Shown: positions 1 through 11,130 of the stretch, in pieces
Numbering within the stretch: the first letter of the stretch is position 1
Layout: each line of letters starts with the position of its first letter
DNA from: Caecitellus pseudoparvulus
Lineage: Eukaryota; Protista; Bigyra: Bicosoecida
Direction: 5' to 3'
DNA length: 64,000 bases
Assembly: GCA_965644315.1 (NCBI GenBank)
Contig: CBFFRQ010000089.1
Span: 372,001 to 436,000, forward strand
Notes under the pieces: model-generated
What the model was told of the DNA's origin: nothing
Database searches by the model: none
What the model saw: the letters and a program-made list of their open reading frames with translations, nothing else
Made by a program: the position numbers and the translations under genes

Positions 1-6
1 CGTGCC

Positions 7-2478
7 ATGGTGGGCCCTGTGGCCCTGTCCCTGTCTTCCTCCGCGCTGTCCTCCATCTCCACCCTGCCGACACAAGTGGACAGTGCTGAGCTGTCGCTGC
101 ACGTGACGACACCCCTGCCCATCCCAGGCCCAGGGCAGCCCCAGGCAGCTTTCGGCGTCATGCCGCCCCCCACCGCGTGGAAGCACCACCTGCACCTGTG
201 GCAGAACCCCTTTGCCGTGGCGGAGTTCCACAAGGTGCCGCTGTGGTCGCCGGCGCACTGGGCCGTTCTGCGAACACACTACGCCCCCCTGGCTGAGCTG
301 GGCTGCACCAGCATCACCGCCACCATCCTGCACGACCCGTGGGGCAGCCAGACGCACACGCCGTACGCTAGCATGGTGCGGTGGCTGGTGCGGGAGGTGG
401 GCGGTTCCGTCACGCTGTCCTTCGATTTCTCCGTCTTTGACGCGTGGGTCACCATGTGCCTGCAGCTGGGCATCGGCCCCCTCATCCACGCGTACTCCAT
501 CCTGCCCTGGGCGGCAGACGGCGGCGGCAGCGAGGTCAAGGCCGCCCAGCCCAGCCAGTACGTCATGTTCAACGAGACGCGGCAGTGCATGCAGCGGGTG
601 TGGGCGCACCCTCTCCAGCCCACCTATGCCGCACTGTGGGTGCCGTTCCTGGAGGCGTTCCAATCCCACCTGGCCCGGCGGGGGTGGCTGGGCATCACGG
701 CCGTGGCGGTGGATGAGCGCCCGCCAGAGGAGATGGCTGCCGCCATCGCCATGGTGCGTGCCCACGCGCCTGGCCTGCGCCTGGCCCTGGCTGGCAACTA
801 CCACGCCGAGCTGAGCGAGCACGTGGATGACTGGTGCGTCTGGCTTCGGGCGCCCATGCCGGGGCCAGGCGTCGTCCCGGGTCGTAACTGCGTGGCCAGT
901 CCGACGGCACCCTTCGCGGCCATGTTCCAGGGCTCCGCTGACGCCCGGTGGGGGACGCAGCAGGTGGATGCGGGCACGCAGCACCTGGCCTCGGCCCTGC
1001 GCCGGCGTCCACGCACCGACTCCACCGTGGCCGATGCAGGCATGGCGGGAGACGCGTGGGACCCTGCCGCCGACGCGTCAGCCCGAGGCCTGGCAGCCCG
1101 CAACGTCGCCCGTACAGGCGCCCCCAGCACCGCCATGCCCGTGGCTCTGCCGCCTGTCAGCGGGGGCATTCCCCCCGCCTTGGCGGACCGGGCAGCAGCG
1201 CTGGCTGGGCGCCGCACGACGACGTTCTACACCTGCTGCGGCCCCGTCTCACCCAACACCTTCACCGCCAGCCCGCCTCTGGAGAGCACGTGGCTGCCGC
1301 TGTTTGGCGTCGCGAACGGGTATGATGGGTACCTGCGCTGGGCGTACGACTGCTGGACTGCGGAACCCAACATCGACACCCGGTACCGCCCCCGCTTCTG
1401 GCGGGCAGGGGACGCCTTCCTCGCCTACCCCAACGGGCAGCCCTCCGTGCGCATGCTCATGCTGCAGCGGGGCATCACGGCAGCTGAGAAGCAGCGGCAG
1501 ACAGTGGGCAGCTTCCTCATGACCCTGCACCACCTGAGCGGGCAGGGCTCCTCAACACAGGAAGTGCCTGCTCTGGCCCAGGCGCTGGAGGGGTCTGGGG
1601 GCGCGTCGCCCAGTGGAGGAGGGGGCACCGTGCCTGCGCTGCCGCCACAGCTGCAGCCAGGCCTGTCCATGCAGTCCAGCATGGGTGACGTCACCCTGGC
1701 TGTGGAGGCGACCCCCTCCGCCCTGGCACCAGCTCAGGGCCCCGCCATCCTCCCCGCCCCCGCGCCTGATGTCTGGTGGGCGGACACGGTCAAGGCGCGG
1801 GTGGTGCCGGGTCTGGGCAGCATCGGGGACACGCTGGCGGGTGTCCTGGAGCGGGGTGCCAGCGCAGGCCACGCGCGGCCAGGGGGCTTCACGGCCTGGG
1901 ACCTTACCCACCAGGAATCCTTCAGCGCCGTGCACCGCGTCCTGCACAGCGGGGAGGCGGGGGTGCGGCTGTGGATCGGGGCGCTGTTGACTGTGCTGCG
2001 GCGCCTGCACAGCGCAGACACCGCCGAGTGGCCCCTGCCGCGGTGGCCGTCAGACGTCCTGGCAGACGACGTGGACGGCGCCTTTGCGCGCCTGCTGACG
2101 TCCAAGCCCGTGTCGGAGTGGAGCGCGGAGGAGGTGGCGGCGGTGACGGCACAGGCGAGCGGGCACCCGGACATCGCCAGCCACGCGGCCTGGATCGCGC
2201 CGGCGCACGTCAAGCCGTCCCTGCTCTTCGGCCCCGTGCGCAGCGAGCTGCCTGCCATCGACATGGGGCATGCGGCGGAGAAGGAGGTGGCCACTGGGCT
2301 GGGCCCCAGTGCGCCGCCAGGCACGTCCCAGCACTTGTTCCTGCCACGCACCAGCCACCCCCTGGTGGCACAGGCGGTGGGGCGGGCCGAGGCGTGGCAG
2401 CAGATGGCCGACTACGTCGTGCTGGGCCTGCTGGCTCTGCATGGGGATGAGGGGAACGGGCTGGGGGGGTCCGCGTGA
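7..2478 (+). CDS. Glycoside hydrolase family 123-like (DUF4091-type) protein; true start may lie upstream of the window
   Basis: Motifs LHLWQNPFAVA..VPLWS, TILHDPWGSQT..YASMVRW, FDFSVFDAWV, AVDER, TFYTCC..PNTF, GYLRWAYDCW, AGDAFLAYP resemble the bacterial DUF4091/GH123 family. Low-complexity inserts; no intron needed. Confidence 0.75.
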   Translation: MVGPVALSLSSSALSSISTLPTQVDSAELSLHVTTPLPIPGPGQPQAAFGVMPPPTAWKHHLHLWQNPFAVAEFHKVPLWSPAHWAVLRTHYAPLAELGCTSITATILHDPWGSQTHTPYASMVRWLVREVGGSVTLSFDFSVFDAWVTMCLQLGIGPLIHAYSILPWAADGGGSEVKAAQPSQYVMFNETRQCMQRVWAHPLQPTYAALWVPFLEAFQSHLARRGWLGITAVAVDERPPEEMAAAIAMVRAHAPGLRLALAGNYHAELSEHVDDWCVWLRAPMPGPGVVPGRNCVASPTAPFAAMFQGSADARWGTQQVDAGTQHLASALRRRPRTDSTVADAGMAGDAWDPAADASARGLAARNVARTGAPSTAMPVALPPVSGGIPPALADRAAALAGRRTTTFYTCCGPVSPNTFTASPPLESTWLPLFGVANGYDGYLRWAYDCWTAEPNIDTRYRPRFWRAGDAFLAYPNGQPSVRMLMLQRGITAAEKQRQTVGSFLMTLHHLSGQGSSTQEVPALAQALEGSGGASPSGGGGTVPALPPQLQPGLSMQSSMGDVTLAVEATPSALAPAQGPAILPAPAPDVWWADTVKARVVPGLGSIGDTLAGVLERGASAGHARPGGFTAWDLTHQESFSAVHRVLHSGEAGVRLWIGALLTVLRRLHSADTAEWPLPRWPSDVLADDVDGAFARLLTSKPVSEWSAEEVAAVTAQASGHPDIASHAAWIAPAHVKPSLLFGPVRSELPAIDMGHAAEKEVATGLGPSAPPGTSQHLFLPRTSHPLVAQAVGRAEAWQQMADYVVLGLLALHGDEGNGLGGSA

Positions 2479-2612
2479 CGCACTGCACGGCACAGCAATT
2501 CACCCCACACCTGCACACTTGCACGCCCGCTCACACTACTTCTGCCAAGTGGTGCACCGTGCCTTTCGGTGCCTGTTGTGGTTAACTGACGCGGCGGCGG
2601 GCTTCAGGAGGC

Positions 2613-3716
2613 ATGGCTGATGCAGCGATTTCCGCAGCGCCCAGCACAGAAAGCGTGGGCAAAGTGAAGCAGCGGCACAAGCGGGAACTGCGCAGACTGG
2701 GCGTGCAGATCAAGTCCTTCAAACGTATGAGCAAGCTGCCCAAGGACGAGCTGGCAGCCAAGGTTGCGCAGATGGAGGCTGAGTTGGCTGCCAAGCACGT
2801 CGAGGAGCTGGCCCAAGCGGAGGCTGCGGCCGACTCGGACGCCACGCCTGCCCAGGAACCCACACCCAGCAGCCCGGCCCCGGCCCCGGCCCCGGCCACG
2901 TCTGCCATCGCCTGCACGACATCCGACCTGGATGCAGCGGCCGCCGCCACTGGGGGGGACCCCTCCCGCATGAGCCGGGCTGCAAAGAAGAAAGCGGCGA
3001 AGAAAGCGAAGGAGGCGGCCCGCCTGGCAGCGCTGCGGGCAGAGGCGGAGGCGGAGGCAGCTGCCATGGGCAACCCCAAGGAGCAGGAGATGGAGGCGTT
3101 GGCCTCCCATCTCGCGGCAGCGGACCAGCACATCGTGAAGGTGCCTGCCGACGGCAACTGCCTCTTCGCAGCGGTGGCGGACCAGTTGAGGGCCCTGGGA
3201 CAGGACGGCGCTGACGCCTTGAAAGATGTGCAGGCTAGTGTCCAGGGGCATCCCGCCACGCTGGACGCTCTGGGCGAGGCGCTGCCGGTGTCTGACGCAG
3301 CTGCCCTGCGCCTGGCCGCAGTGCAGTTCATCGGGCGGCATGGGGAGGACTTCGCCGCCTTCCTCACGAACACAGCGGGGGACGGCGTGGGCGTGCAGGC
3401 GTACTGTGCCGACATGGGGGACCTGAGCAAGGGCAGGTGGGGTGGGCAGCCTGAGTTGCTGGCCTTGGCACGTCTGTTGCGGGTGAAGCTGACGGTTGTG
3501 CAGGTGGATGACGTGAAGCGCTGCACACCCTCCCGCCCGCCCAAGCTGCACACCATGACCATGGGGGAGGACACGGCAAGGGCAGGGGCCCCCACGCTGT
3601 GCCTGGCGTACCACCGGCACTACTACGCGCTGGGGGAGCACTACAATTCTGTGCGGCGGGGGTCTGGCGGGGGAGGCGGCAGCTCCGGCGGGGGCCTCAT
3701 GGGCGACGCCCAGTGA
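2613..3716 (+). CDS. OTU-domain deubiquitinase (OTUD6/Otu2-like)
   Basis: N-terminal RHKRELRRL coiled coil, catalytic VPADGNCLFAAV, WGGQPEL, and C-terminal LAYHRHYYALGEHYNSV. Confidence 0.9.
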   Translation: MADAAISAAPSTESVGKVKQRHKRELRRLGVQIKSFKRMSKLPKDELAAKVAQMEAELAAKHVEELAQAEAAADSDATPAQEPTPSSPAPAPAPATSAIACTTSDLDAAAAATGGDPSRMSRAAKKKAAKKAKEAARLAALRAEAEAEAAAMGNPKEQEMEALASHLAAADQHIVKVPADGNCLFAAVADQLRALGQDGADALKDVQASVQGHPATLDALGEALPVSDAAALRLAAVQFIGRHGEDFAAFLTNTAGDGVGVQAYCADMGDLSKGRWGGQPELLALARLLRVKLTVVQVDDVKRCTPSRPPKLHTMTMGEDTARAGAPTLCLAYHRHYYALGEHYNSVRRGSGGGGGSSGGGLMGDAQ

Positions 3717-3915
3717 CAGCGACCAGGCTCGCAGTCCTGCAGCACTTTCGAATACACACCCTTTTGTCCCGCGCTCCCCAGCAGCGTGGCCACACTTCCC
3801 GCGCCGCTGCCTTCCTGCCGCACAGCAGGACCAGCAGGAATCCAGGCCAGCGCAACGCCACTGCAACCCACGCACGTGGCGAACGTGAAACGAAGCGGAC
3901 AGCCGTCCTTACATC

Positions 3916-6088
3916 ATGCCTCGACGCAAGGTGCGTGGCGCGCCCGAGCACGCCCTGCATTCGGCATGGCAGGGGCAGGTTTCGGCAGGCAGCAGAACAA
4001 CCAAATTCCGCACAGCCCATGTAGTCCTGCCCCGCCGCGGCCCCCACTCGGCTGCACGCGGCCAGCCCACACGCTGCACGCCCTTTACACCCCTATCTGT
4101 CCCCCCTCGCCGCTGCACAGGGCGCCGGCCGCAGGGCAGCCATCAAGGCCCGCCTGGCCGAGCTGGAGCAAGCCAAGGAGGAGGGTGGCAGCACGCCCGC
4201 CTCTGGCGGTCCCCCCTCCGTCGCCTCTGCCACGACAGGGGGCAGCACGGCACCCTCCACAGCCGCTGCCGGCGCGAGCGGCGGTGCGCCCTCTGCCACG
4301 GGCGGCCTGAAGTTCGCAGGACTGAAGGGCAACGAGCTGCACCAGCGGCTGATGGACGACGCCATGGCTGGCGCAGCCATCACCACCTCCACCAGCAAGG
4401 ACAAGCTGCCCTCCACGCTGCGCGACATCAAGGTGGAGAACCTCAGCATCGTCCTGTACGGCAACGAGCTGGTGAAGGAGGCGGAGCTGACGCTGAACTG
4501 GGGGCAGCGGTACGGCCTGCTGGGGCCCAACGGCTGCGGCAAGTCCATCCTCATGTCCGTGCTGGGGCGGCGCCTGGTGCCCATTGCCGACGGCCTGGAC
4601 ACGTACCACGTCGTGGGGGAGATCGAGCCCACCGACATGACTGCGCTGGAGGCGGTGCTGGCAGTGGACTCAGAACGCGAGGCACTGGAGACAGAGGCGG
4701 ACGCGCTGGCGGAGCAGCTGGCTGAGGAGGGTCTGGATGACGAGACCATGGAGGCCATCAACGTGCGCATGACGGATGTGTACGAGCGGCTGGAGGAGCT
4801 GGAGGCGTCCACGGCCGAGGCGCGTGCGGCGAAGATCCTGCACGGCCTGGGCTTCTCCGCCGCCGCCCAGCGCAAGAAGACGCGAGAGTTCAGCGGTGGC
4901 TGGCGCATGCGCATCTCCCTGGCCCGCGCGCTGTTCCTGAACCCCTCCGTGCTGCTGCTGGACGAGCCGACGAACCACCTGGACATGGAGAGCGTGCTGT
5001 GGCTGGAGCAGCACCTGGCGCAGTTCAAGAAGATTCTCCTGCTGGTGTCGCACTCGCAGGACTTCATGAACAGCGTCTGCACCAACATCATCCGCATGCA
5101 CCAGCAGAAGATCATGTACTATGGCGGCAACTACGACACGTACGTGGCCACACGGGAGGAGCATGAGATGCACCAGATGAAGCGCTTCAACTGGGAGCAG
5201 GACCAGATGAAGCACATGAAGGAGTACATTGCCCGCTTCGGCCACGGCACCAGCAAGATGGCACGCCAGGCACAGAGCAAGGAGAAGACGCTGGCCAAGA
5301 TGGTCCGCGGCGGCCTCACGGAGAAGGTGGAGACGGAGAAGTCCTTCAAGATGTCCTTCTTCGACCCCGGCACCATCCCGCCCCCCGTCCTGCAGCTGCA
5401 GGACATCTCCTTCGGCTACCCTGGCTGCGAGCTGCTGTACGACAAGGTGGACCTGGGCGCAGACCTGGACTCCCGCATCGCCCTCGTGGGCCCCAACGGC
5501 GCCGGCAAGACCACCCTGCTGAAGCTCATGTGCCGGGAGCTGGTGCCCACCACGGGCAGCGTGCGGCCGCACCCCCACCTGCGCATGGGGCGGTACACGC
5601 AGCACTTTGTGGACACGCTGGACCTGTCCCTGTCGCCCCTGGAGTTCTTCTGCAAGGAGTACCCCGACAGGCACATTGACGAGGTGCGGCAGATGATCGG
5701 CCGCTTCGGCATCTCGGGCACCAACCAGACCAAGACCATGGAGCTGATGAGCGACGGCATCAAGTGCCTCGTCGCCTTCGCGCAGGTGGCGTACCAGAAG
5801 CCCCACATCATGCTGCTGGACGAGCCGACGAACCACTTGAGCATTGAGAACATCGACGCACTGGCAGGCGCCATCAACAGCTTCGCGGGCGGCGTGCTGC
5901 TGGTGTCGCACGACATGCGTCTCATCTCCCAGGTGGCCAAGGAGATCTGGGAGTGCCGGGACAAGAAGGTCACGCGGTTCCCAGGGGACATCATGGAGTA
6001 CAAGGCCAAGATGGCCAAGGAGCTGGAGGAGGCGGCCATGGCCTTCGAGGCGGAGCACGCCGCGGCCCAGGCCACTGGCAGCGGGTGA
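3916..6088 (+). CDS. ABCF2: ABC-F family ATPase (ABCF2/Arb1-like); exons 3916-3930 and 4121-6088
   Basis: Two ABC cassettes (GPNGCGKS, FSGGWRMR, LLLDEPTNHL; GPNGAGKT, MSDG, LLDEPTNHL), linker YIARFGHG, no TM segments. MPRRK|GTGCGT...CACAG| joins in frame to the long ORF. Confidence 0.92.
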
Positions 6089-6227
6089 GGCGGGGCGGGG
6101 GCGGGGGCTGCCTGGTCTCCCGAACAATGCAGCGCGCTTCGCAGGCGGTGGGGCGGCGTCAAGAAAGCTACATTTAGCAACGGGCACTGCACCACTCACG
6201 TTCACGCACCGAGACAGACGCACATGG

Positions 6228-8147
6228 TCACCACACCCCGGCGTCGGCACCACGCCCCTGCGGCGTGAAGCCCGACACCGCCCCCCCCTCTGACTGCACA
6301 AAGGCTGTGCCTGCAAAGTGCAGGGGAAGGGAGACGGCTGGCAGGCGGCCGGGCCGCTGGGCGCGGGCGAGGGCGCCGCTGGGGACAGGGGGGGGCTCCA
6401 CCGTGGACCCGTCGCTGTCCCCACCCCCATTCCGCATGCTGAACGTCAGGTCTTCCTGCCCCAGCTGTGTGTGTGGCCGGGGCAGGGAGGGCGGGAAGCG
6501 CTTGTGCTGTGGCAGGGGCGGTGCTGGGTGGCGGTGGCCAGGCCCACCCGGCCGCAGGTCCTGCAGGGGGTACATGGCGGGGCTGGGTCCGGGCAGCTGC
6601 TCTGGGCCGTGGTGTGCCCCAGGCACGGCGTGGGGCGTGAGGGCGGTGCCAGCACCGTCCTCCCCCCCCTCGTCCGCGTGCAGCAGCACATCCCCTGTGC
6701 GGGATGGGCCCACCACGCCGCCCTCCCGCATGGCCGCCTGCAGGTACGACGCCATGAAGCAGGCGTCCACGATCCACCCCACGCCGAGGAAGTTCAGTGT
6801 ACAGGTGGCCAGCAGGCCGTGGGCGGTGCGGCCCAGGTAGTAGTGGTGTAGGCCCAGGAGGCCCCCCACAGGCAGCCAGCAGGCCCACGCCACCGTGGCC
6901 GATACGTGCACAGTGTGCTGGGAGTGCAGGCGATTGTACGCTCGAGCCAGGCTGTGCTGGTTGCCGCCCAGCAGCACGAGGCGAAGGGGGCGGGGCGCGT
7001 CGCCGCCGCCCTCCTCCTCGTCCCTCACCTCGCCTTGGGCGCTCTGTGGCGGCGTCACCACCAGCGTGGCACAGCCCGTCTGGTGTGCTTTCTCAGCAGC
7101 CCGCACCAGCATCACCTCGCGCTCCCGGGCTTGGGAGTACACATTCAAGTACTCCAGCAGGTACAGACCGTCCATGAGCCACAGGACGCCAAAGCCGCCC
7201 AGGGAGCAGACGTATGCAGCAGCCATCCACCAGTTGCCCAGGATGAAGTGGTGGCCCCCCACCAGCCCCGACCCCAGCCAGGCAGCCCACAGGCTGATGC
7301 CCTTGAGCACTTCGCGAGGGGAGGGAATGCCCGCTGCCTGGGCGCGCTGGCGAATGTTGGCGTGCTCCACGTGCCTGTCGTGCAGGCACAGGAAGATGCC
7401 CAAGTCTACAATGTACCCCACCCCCAGCGCGCCGCACGTGCAGGCGTGCAGGCACCCGAGACGAGGCTCACCCACTAGGCAATGGTTGCAGCCAAGCAGC
7501 CCCGCCGGCGGCAGCAGGGACAGCACCTCCAGCTCGATGCTCACGAGGCTCTGGTCCAGCTCAGGTTCGGGTGTGTGCAGCAAGTCACCCTGCTGTGCTG
7601 CTGTGGCCACGAGCCGCCGTGCCCGGCGCTGCACCGCGTCGGCCAAGTCCACGTCCTGCGTGACTGTTCTCGCGCACCAAGCCCGCAGCGTCGGCCAGCA
7701 CAGGCGCACCAAAAACTTGCGCGCCTCGTACCCGACGCTGTACTGCCGGGGAATGCGATGGTTCGCGGTGGACACGTGCTGGGGCAGGCGCACGAGGTCC
7801 CACACCGCCCACACAATGCCGCCGCCCAGAGTGCCTGCCATGACACAGGCCCGGCTCCAATTGCGCAGGTACCAATGCGCCCCCCCCAGCAGTGAAAAGG
7901 GGGGGAGCAGTGCCTGTATGTATGCTTCCGCCATGTACTTGCGGGCGCCGTAGCGGTTGCCGTTCACTGCTTTCACCCTTGTGTGCAACATGCATGCCTG
8001 CGAACGGCAGGTTGCGCAGCAGGCGGTGTTTCGGCGCCTGTTCAGGCCTCGCAGGGAGCAGGGTGCACGACTCACGTCCACCAGCCACACAACTGCAAGG
8101 ATTGGGAACGCCACCTGCAGGGGCAGCACTGCCAGCAGCACTGCCAT
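6228..8147 (-). CDS. Multi-TM2-domain membrane protein (four TM2-like units); start approximate
   Basis: Four repeats of GxxGxHxxxxG...TLG/SLGGFGVxWxxD, e.g. GGLLGLHHYYLGRTAHGLLATCTLNFLGVGWIVD. The ORF is open to 8615, but the hydrophobic start at ATG 8147 is more plausible. Confidence 0.7.
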   Translation of the reverse strand: MAVLLAVLPLQVAFPILAVVWLVDVSRAPCSLRGLNRRRNTACCATCRSQACMLHTRVKAVNGNRYGARKYMAEAYIQALLPPFSLLGGAHWYLRNWSRACVMAGTLGGGIVWAVWDLVRLPQHVSTANHRIPRQYSVGYEARKFLVRLCWPTLRAWCARTVTQDVDLADAVQRRARRLVATAAQQGDLLHTPEPELDQSLVSIELEVLSLLPPAGLLGCNHCLVGEPRLGCLHACTCGALGVGYIVDLGIFLCLHDRHVEHANIRQRAQAAGIPSPREVLKGISLWAAWLGSGLVGGHHFILGNWWMAAAYVCSLGGFGVLWLMDGLYLLEYLNVYSQAREREVMLVRAAEKAHQTGCATLVVTPPQSAQGEVRDEEEGGGDAPRPLRLVLLGGNQHSLARAYNRLHSQHTVHVSATVAWACWLPVGGLLGLHHYYLGRTAHGLLATCTLNFLGVGWIVDACFMASYLQAAMREGGVVGPSRTGDVLLHADEGGEDGAGTALTPHAVPGAHHGPEQLPGPSPAMYPLQDLRPGGPGHRHPAPPLPQHKRFPPSLPRPHTQLGQEDLTFSMRNGGGDSDGSTVEPPPVPSGALARAQRPGRLPAVSLPLHFAGTAFVQSEGGAVSGFTPQGRGADAGVW

Positions 8148-8868
8148 CGATGCAACGCGATGAAGGGCAACTCCAAATCTGCGCACAGTGCGAGTGCTCG
8201 GGGTCGTCAGCAAAAGGCCATGAGCGTGCGACACGCCCAGGGCGCCTGTACAGTTCCACATCTGGCAATTCCGAGGTGGGGATGGCCTTTCAGCGCCCGC
8301 GCGACGGCACGTGGTAACCTCGACCAATGTCAACGCTGCGTGCTGAGTGCGTGTTTCCCGGCAATGCCCCAGAAGCGCCCACTGCAACTTCAGCCTCCAC
8401 GGCACGTACTCATTCAGGTACACAGCAGAAAGCGTTCCAAACGTGAAAATGTGCAGAAGCAGCGCGGTTCCGCAAGTCCGAGCGAACGCCGGCAGCCGGT
8501 CTGGAGCCGGGCGAGGGAGAGCCTGCGGAACTTGGCCAGCCGACCTCGTCACCCGCCTCTTCGGCACAGGGCGCACTTCCAGCGCGCCCCCGTCCAGCTG
8601 GCCCTTGCCTAGCATGTCAAACGTGGGCCTGCAGGTTGTGTCAACATGTCAAGCACGCCCTGGTCAGGGCCTCGGGGGAGGGGCGACGCCTGCACTGGGT
8701 TGGCCTGGCAAGCTTCCACGCAGCTGGCTCTGGGAGCGTGCTGGCAACACAGGCGCGAGACACAGAGGGTGCATTCGACAGCACAGGTCACCCTATTCGA
8801 AGTTCTTTATTGTGCGTGTCGGTGCGCTGCAGTTTGAGCGGGCAATGCCTGCTGCACCCCAGCACACC

Positions 8869-10804
8869 TCACACGGAATCCACCGACCCTGCACGGCGCT
8901 CTGCACTTCCCTCCCCCGCCTGTGACCCGTCGCTGTCTTCACCACGGGTGCGGATGAAGAGCGGAGTGAGGTACTGCGCATCCAAGTACCCCCATGTGTA
9001 CGCATCGGGGCCGTCGCCATCACCACCCCCCTCACTGTCGCTCCCCGCACCTGGGCGTCGAGGCCTCGGTGGCGTGTGGGGAGCCGGGGACTGTGCGTCA
9101 GGGGGGGTCGAGGCGCCCTGAGGGGGGGGCGGCGGCGGCGGCTCTTCCTGTGTCGCGACGGGGGCGTAGTCCCCCTCCCCCTCCCCTGCCGGCTGTGCGC
9201 ACAGGCGCTTGGCCCGGACGAGGGGCCCAATGCCGCCCCCGATCACGGCCAGGGACAGCAGGACGATGAAGAGAGAAGCGCCCTCCATGACCTGCGCTGC
9301 TGCGGCGTCGGGCAGCACGCTCCGAGCAGCTGCAGACAGGGCAAAGGCGGTGCCGCCGCGCAGGCCGCTGAACCACATGACAAAGGCGTGGGTGGGGGGC
9401 ACGTGACGGGGGTCCTGGGGCCCTGCCTGGGCGTTGATGAGGGCTGTGCAGGCATACACGTGCACCGCCCTGCCCACGAGGCACGCCACTACACTGCCCA
9501 GCAGTGTGGACCACATGCCCAGCAGGCCAGGCTGCACCAGCATGGGCAGGCTCAGGCCGATGTACACGAACACGAGGGCCTCGCAGATGAACGCCATGAC
9601 TGAGAAGAGTGCCAGGGAGAAGGCGCGCGTGGGCTGTGTCAGGTTGCGCCGCGTGTAGTGCGCCATGCCCACGCCGGTGAAGAGGATTGCCACCACCCCG
9701 GACAACTGCAGGCCCTCTGCGAGGAAGTAGGCGGAGAAGGGCAGGAGGGTGATGAGGGCGCGTTCCAGGCCGGCCAGGGTGGCGTCGGGTCGCAGGTGTT
9801 TGAACAGCAGGGCTGTGGAGGCCGCCACCCCCACGCCGATGAGCGTGCTGCCCAGGAAGGTGGTGAGGAAGGACAGCACGCCCCCCAGCACCGTGCCGAA
9901 GGACAGGGACGTCTGGCCGTGGAAGGACATGAGCGTGTGGAACAGCACGATGGCCACTGCGTCGTTCAGGACGGCCTCCCCGAACACCAGCGCGTACAGC
10001 TGGCGGTCCACCCGCAGCGCCGTGAACACGGCCAGCACCGTTACGGGGTCTGTCGCTGAGGCAACGGTGCCGAAAATACTGGCATCCAGCGCAGACCACT
10101 CTGTGCACGTGCGGGAAGGGTGTGCAAGGTGCGTCTCCATGGCGCTGCAGGGTGAGCTTGGGGAAGAGCAGACGGCGCAGGCCAGCCTCACCAAAGCCGA
10201 GTCCGAGCGCCCCCTGGATCCACATGAACATGCTCACGACAGCAGTGGACAGCAGGGTCCCCAGCAGTGCGTATGTGGAAATGGGCCAAAAGTGCTGGAA
10301 AAACGACTCCTGTGCAGCCCGGGCGGGAGCAGGGTGGTTTGTCCGCGGTCAATGCCCAGCTCGCAACGCTCGCGAAACGCGCACCCGGTGCATGCTGTAC
10401 CCCGACTCGAAGATGACCACTGGCAGCAGGGCAGAGAAGAAAATCCCCGAGAAGCTGTCGTGCACTGCACTGCGAATGAGCTGCAGCTGTTCGCTGGCCC
10501 CGCTCCAGATCACAGCAGCGATCACGGCGCCGCAGAAGGTGAAAACCCAGGCCTCCGGCACGCTGGACCGCGCCCGCCGCATGGCCACCACGACGAGCGT
10601 GCCCACCACCAGCACCCCCAAGCACACGAACATGGCCAGGAACCCCGACGCAGTGCGGGCCTCCTCTACCTCCGGCGCCACCTGCTCAGTGGGGGACGGC
10701 AGCCCATCCAGGCCCAGCTCTGGTCCAGCATGGCTGCCTGAGCCAGTCGCATTGCCACCAGCCAGCAGGGACAGAGCAGAGGCGAAGAGTGGGGCAGCCA
10801 CCAT
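8869..10804 (-). CDS. Na+/H+ exchanger (CPA1, NHE/NHX type); introns 10310-10384 and 10101-10191
   Basis: LLPVVIFESGY, SATDPV, VFGEAVLNDAVAIV, LSGVVAILF, WFSGLRG motifs. Both GT-AG introns restore the frame. Confidence 0.92.
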
Positions 10805-11130
10805 GCTGCCTTCTGTTGTCCCCCTCGCCCCTGCGATGTGGCGTGTGCCTGTTGCGGGTGCGGGGAGTTTGCCGCCGCCGCCAGTCTGCAACGCCTCGCC
10901 TCAACGCGCACCCTGGCGGCAATTCAACCCTGCTGCCCAAAACTGACAGCCTGAGGATGCGTGACAGGCGCGACATGCTGCTCCCAAGTGCGGTGGGGCT
11001 GCCACCGACTGCAAACGTTTGTTTTCCTCTGCAGTGGCCTCACGAGGCCCGGCTCAGAGTGCAGCTTGGAGCCAGTCATTTTCCGCGCACTCACAGCCTG
11101 CCTTCCGGCAGTTGTCGCCGCCGCAGCAGC

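Noticed and set aside
4019-4120. Alternative ABCF2 start at ATG 4019
   Set aside because: It is followed immediately by a stop codon, and splicing from it is out of frame. Exon 3916-3930 with a canonical GTGCGT donor fits.
4093-6430. Long antisense and alternative-frame ORFs here and throughout the window (e.g. 4670-6430, 37667-39412, 12531-13556)
   Set aside because: Shadow ORFs caused by high GC and strong codon bias opposite real genes; no domain motifs.
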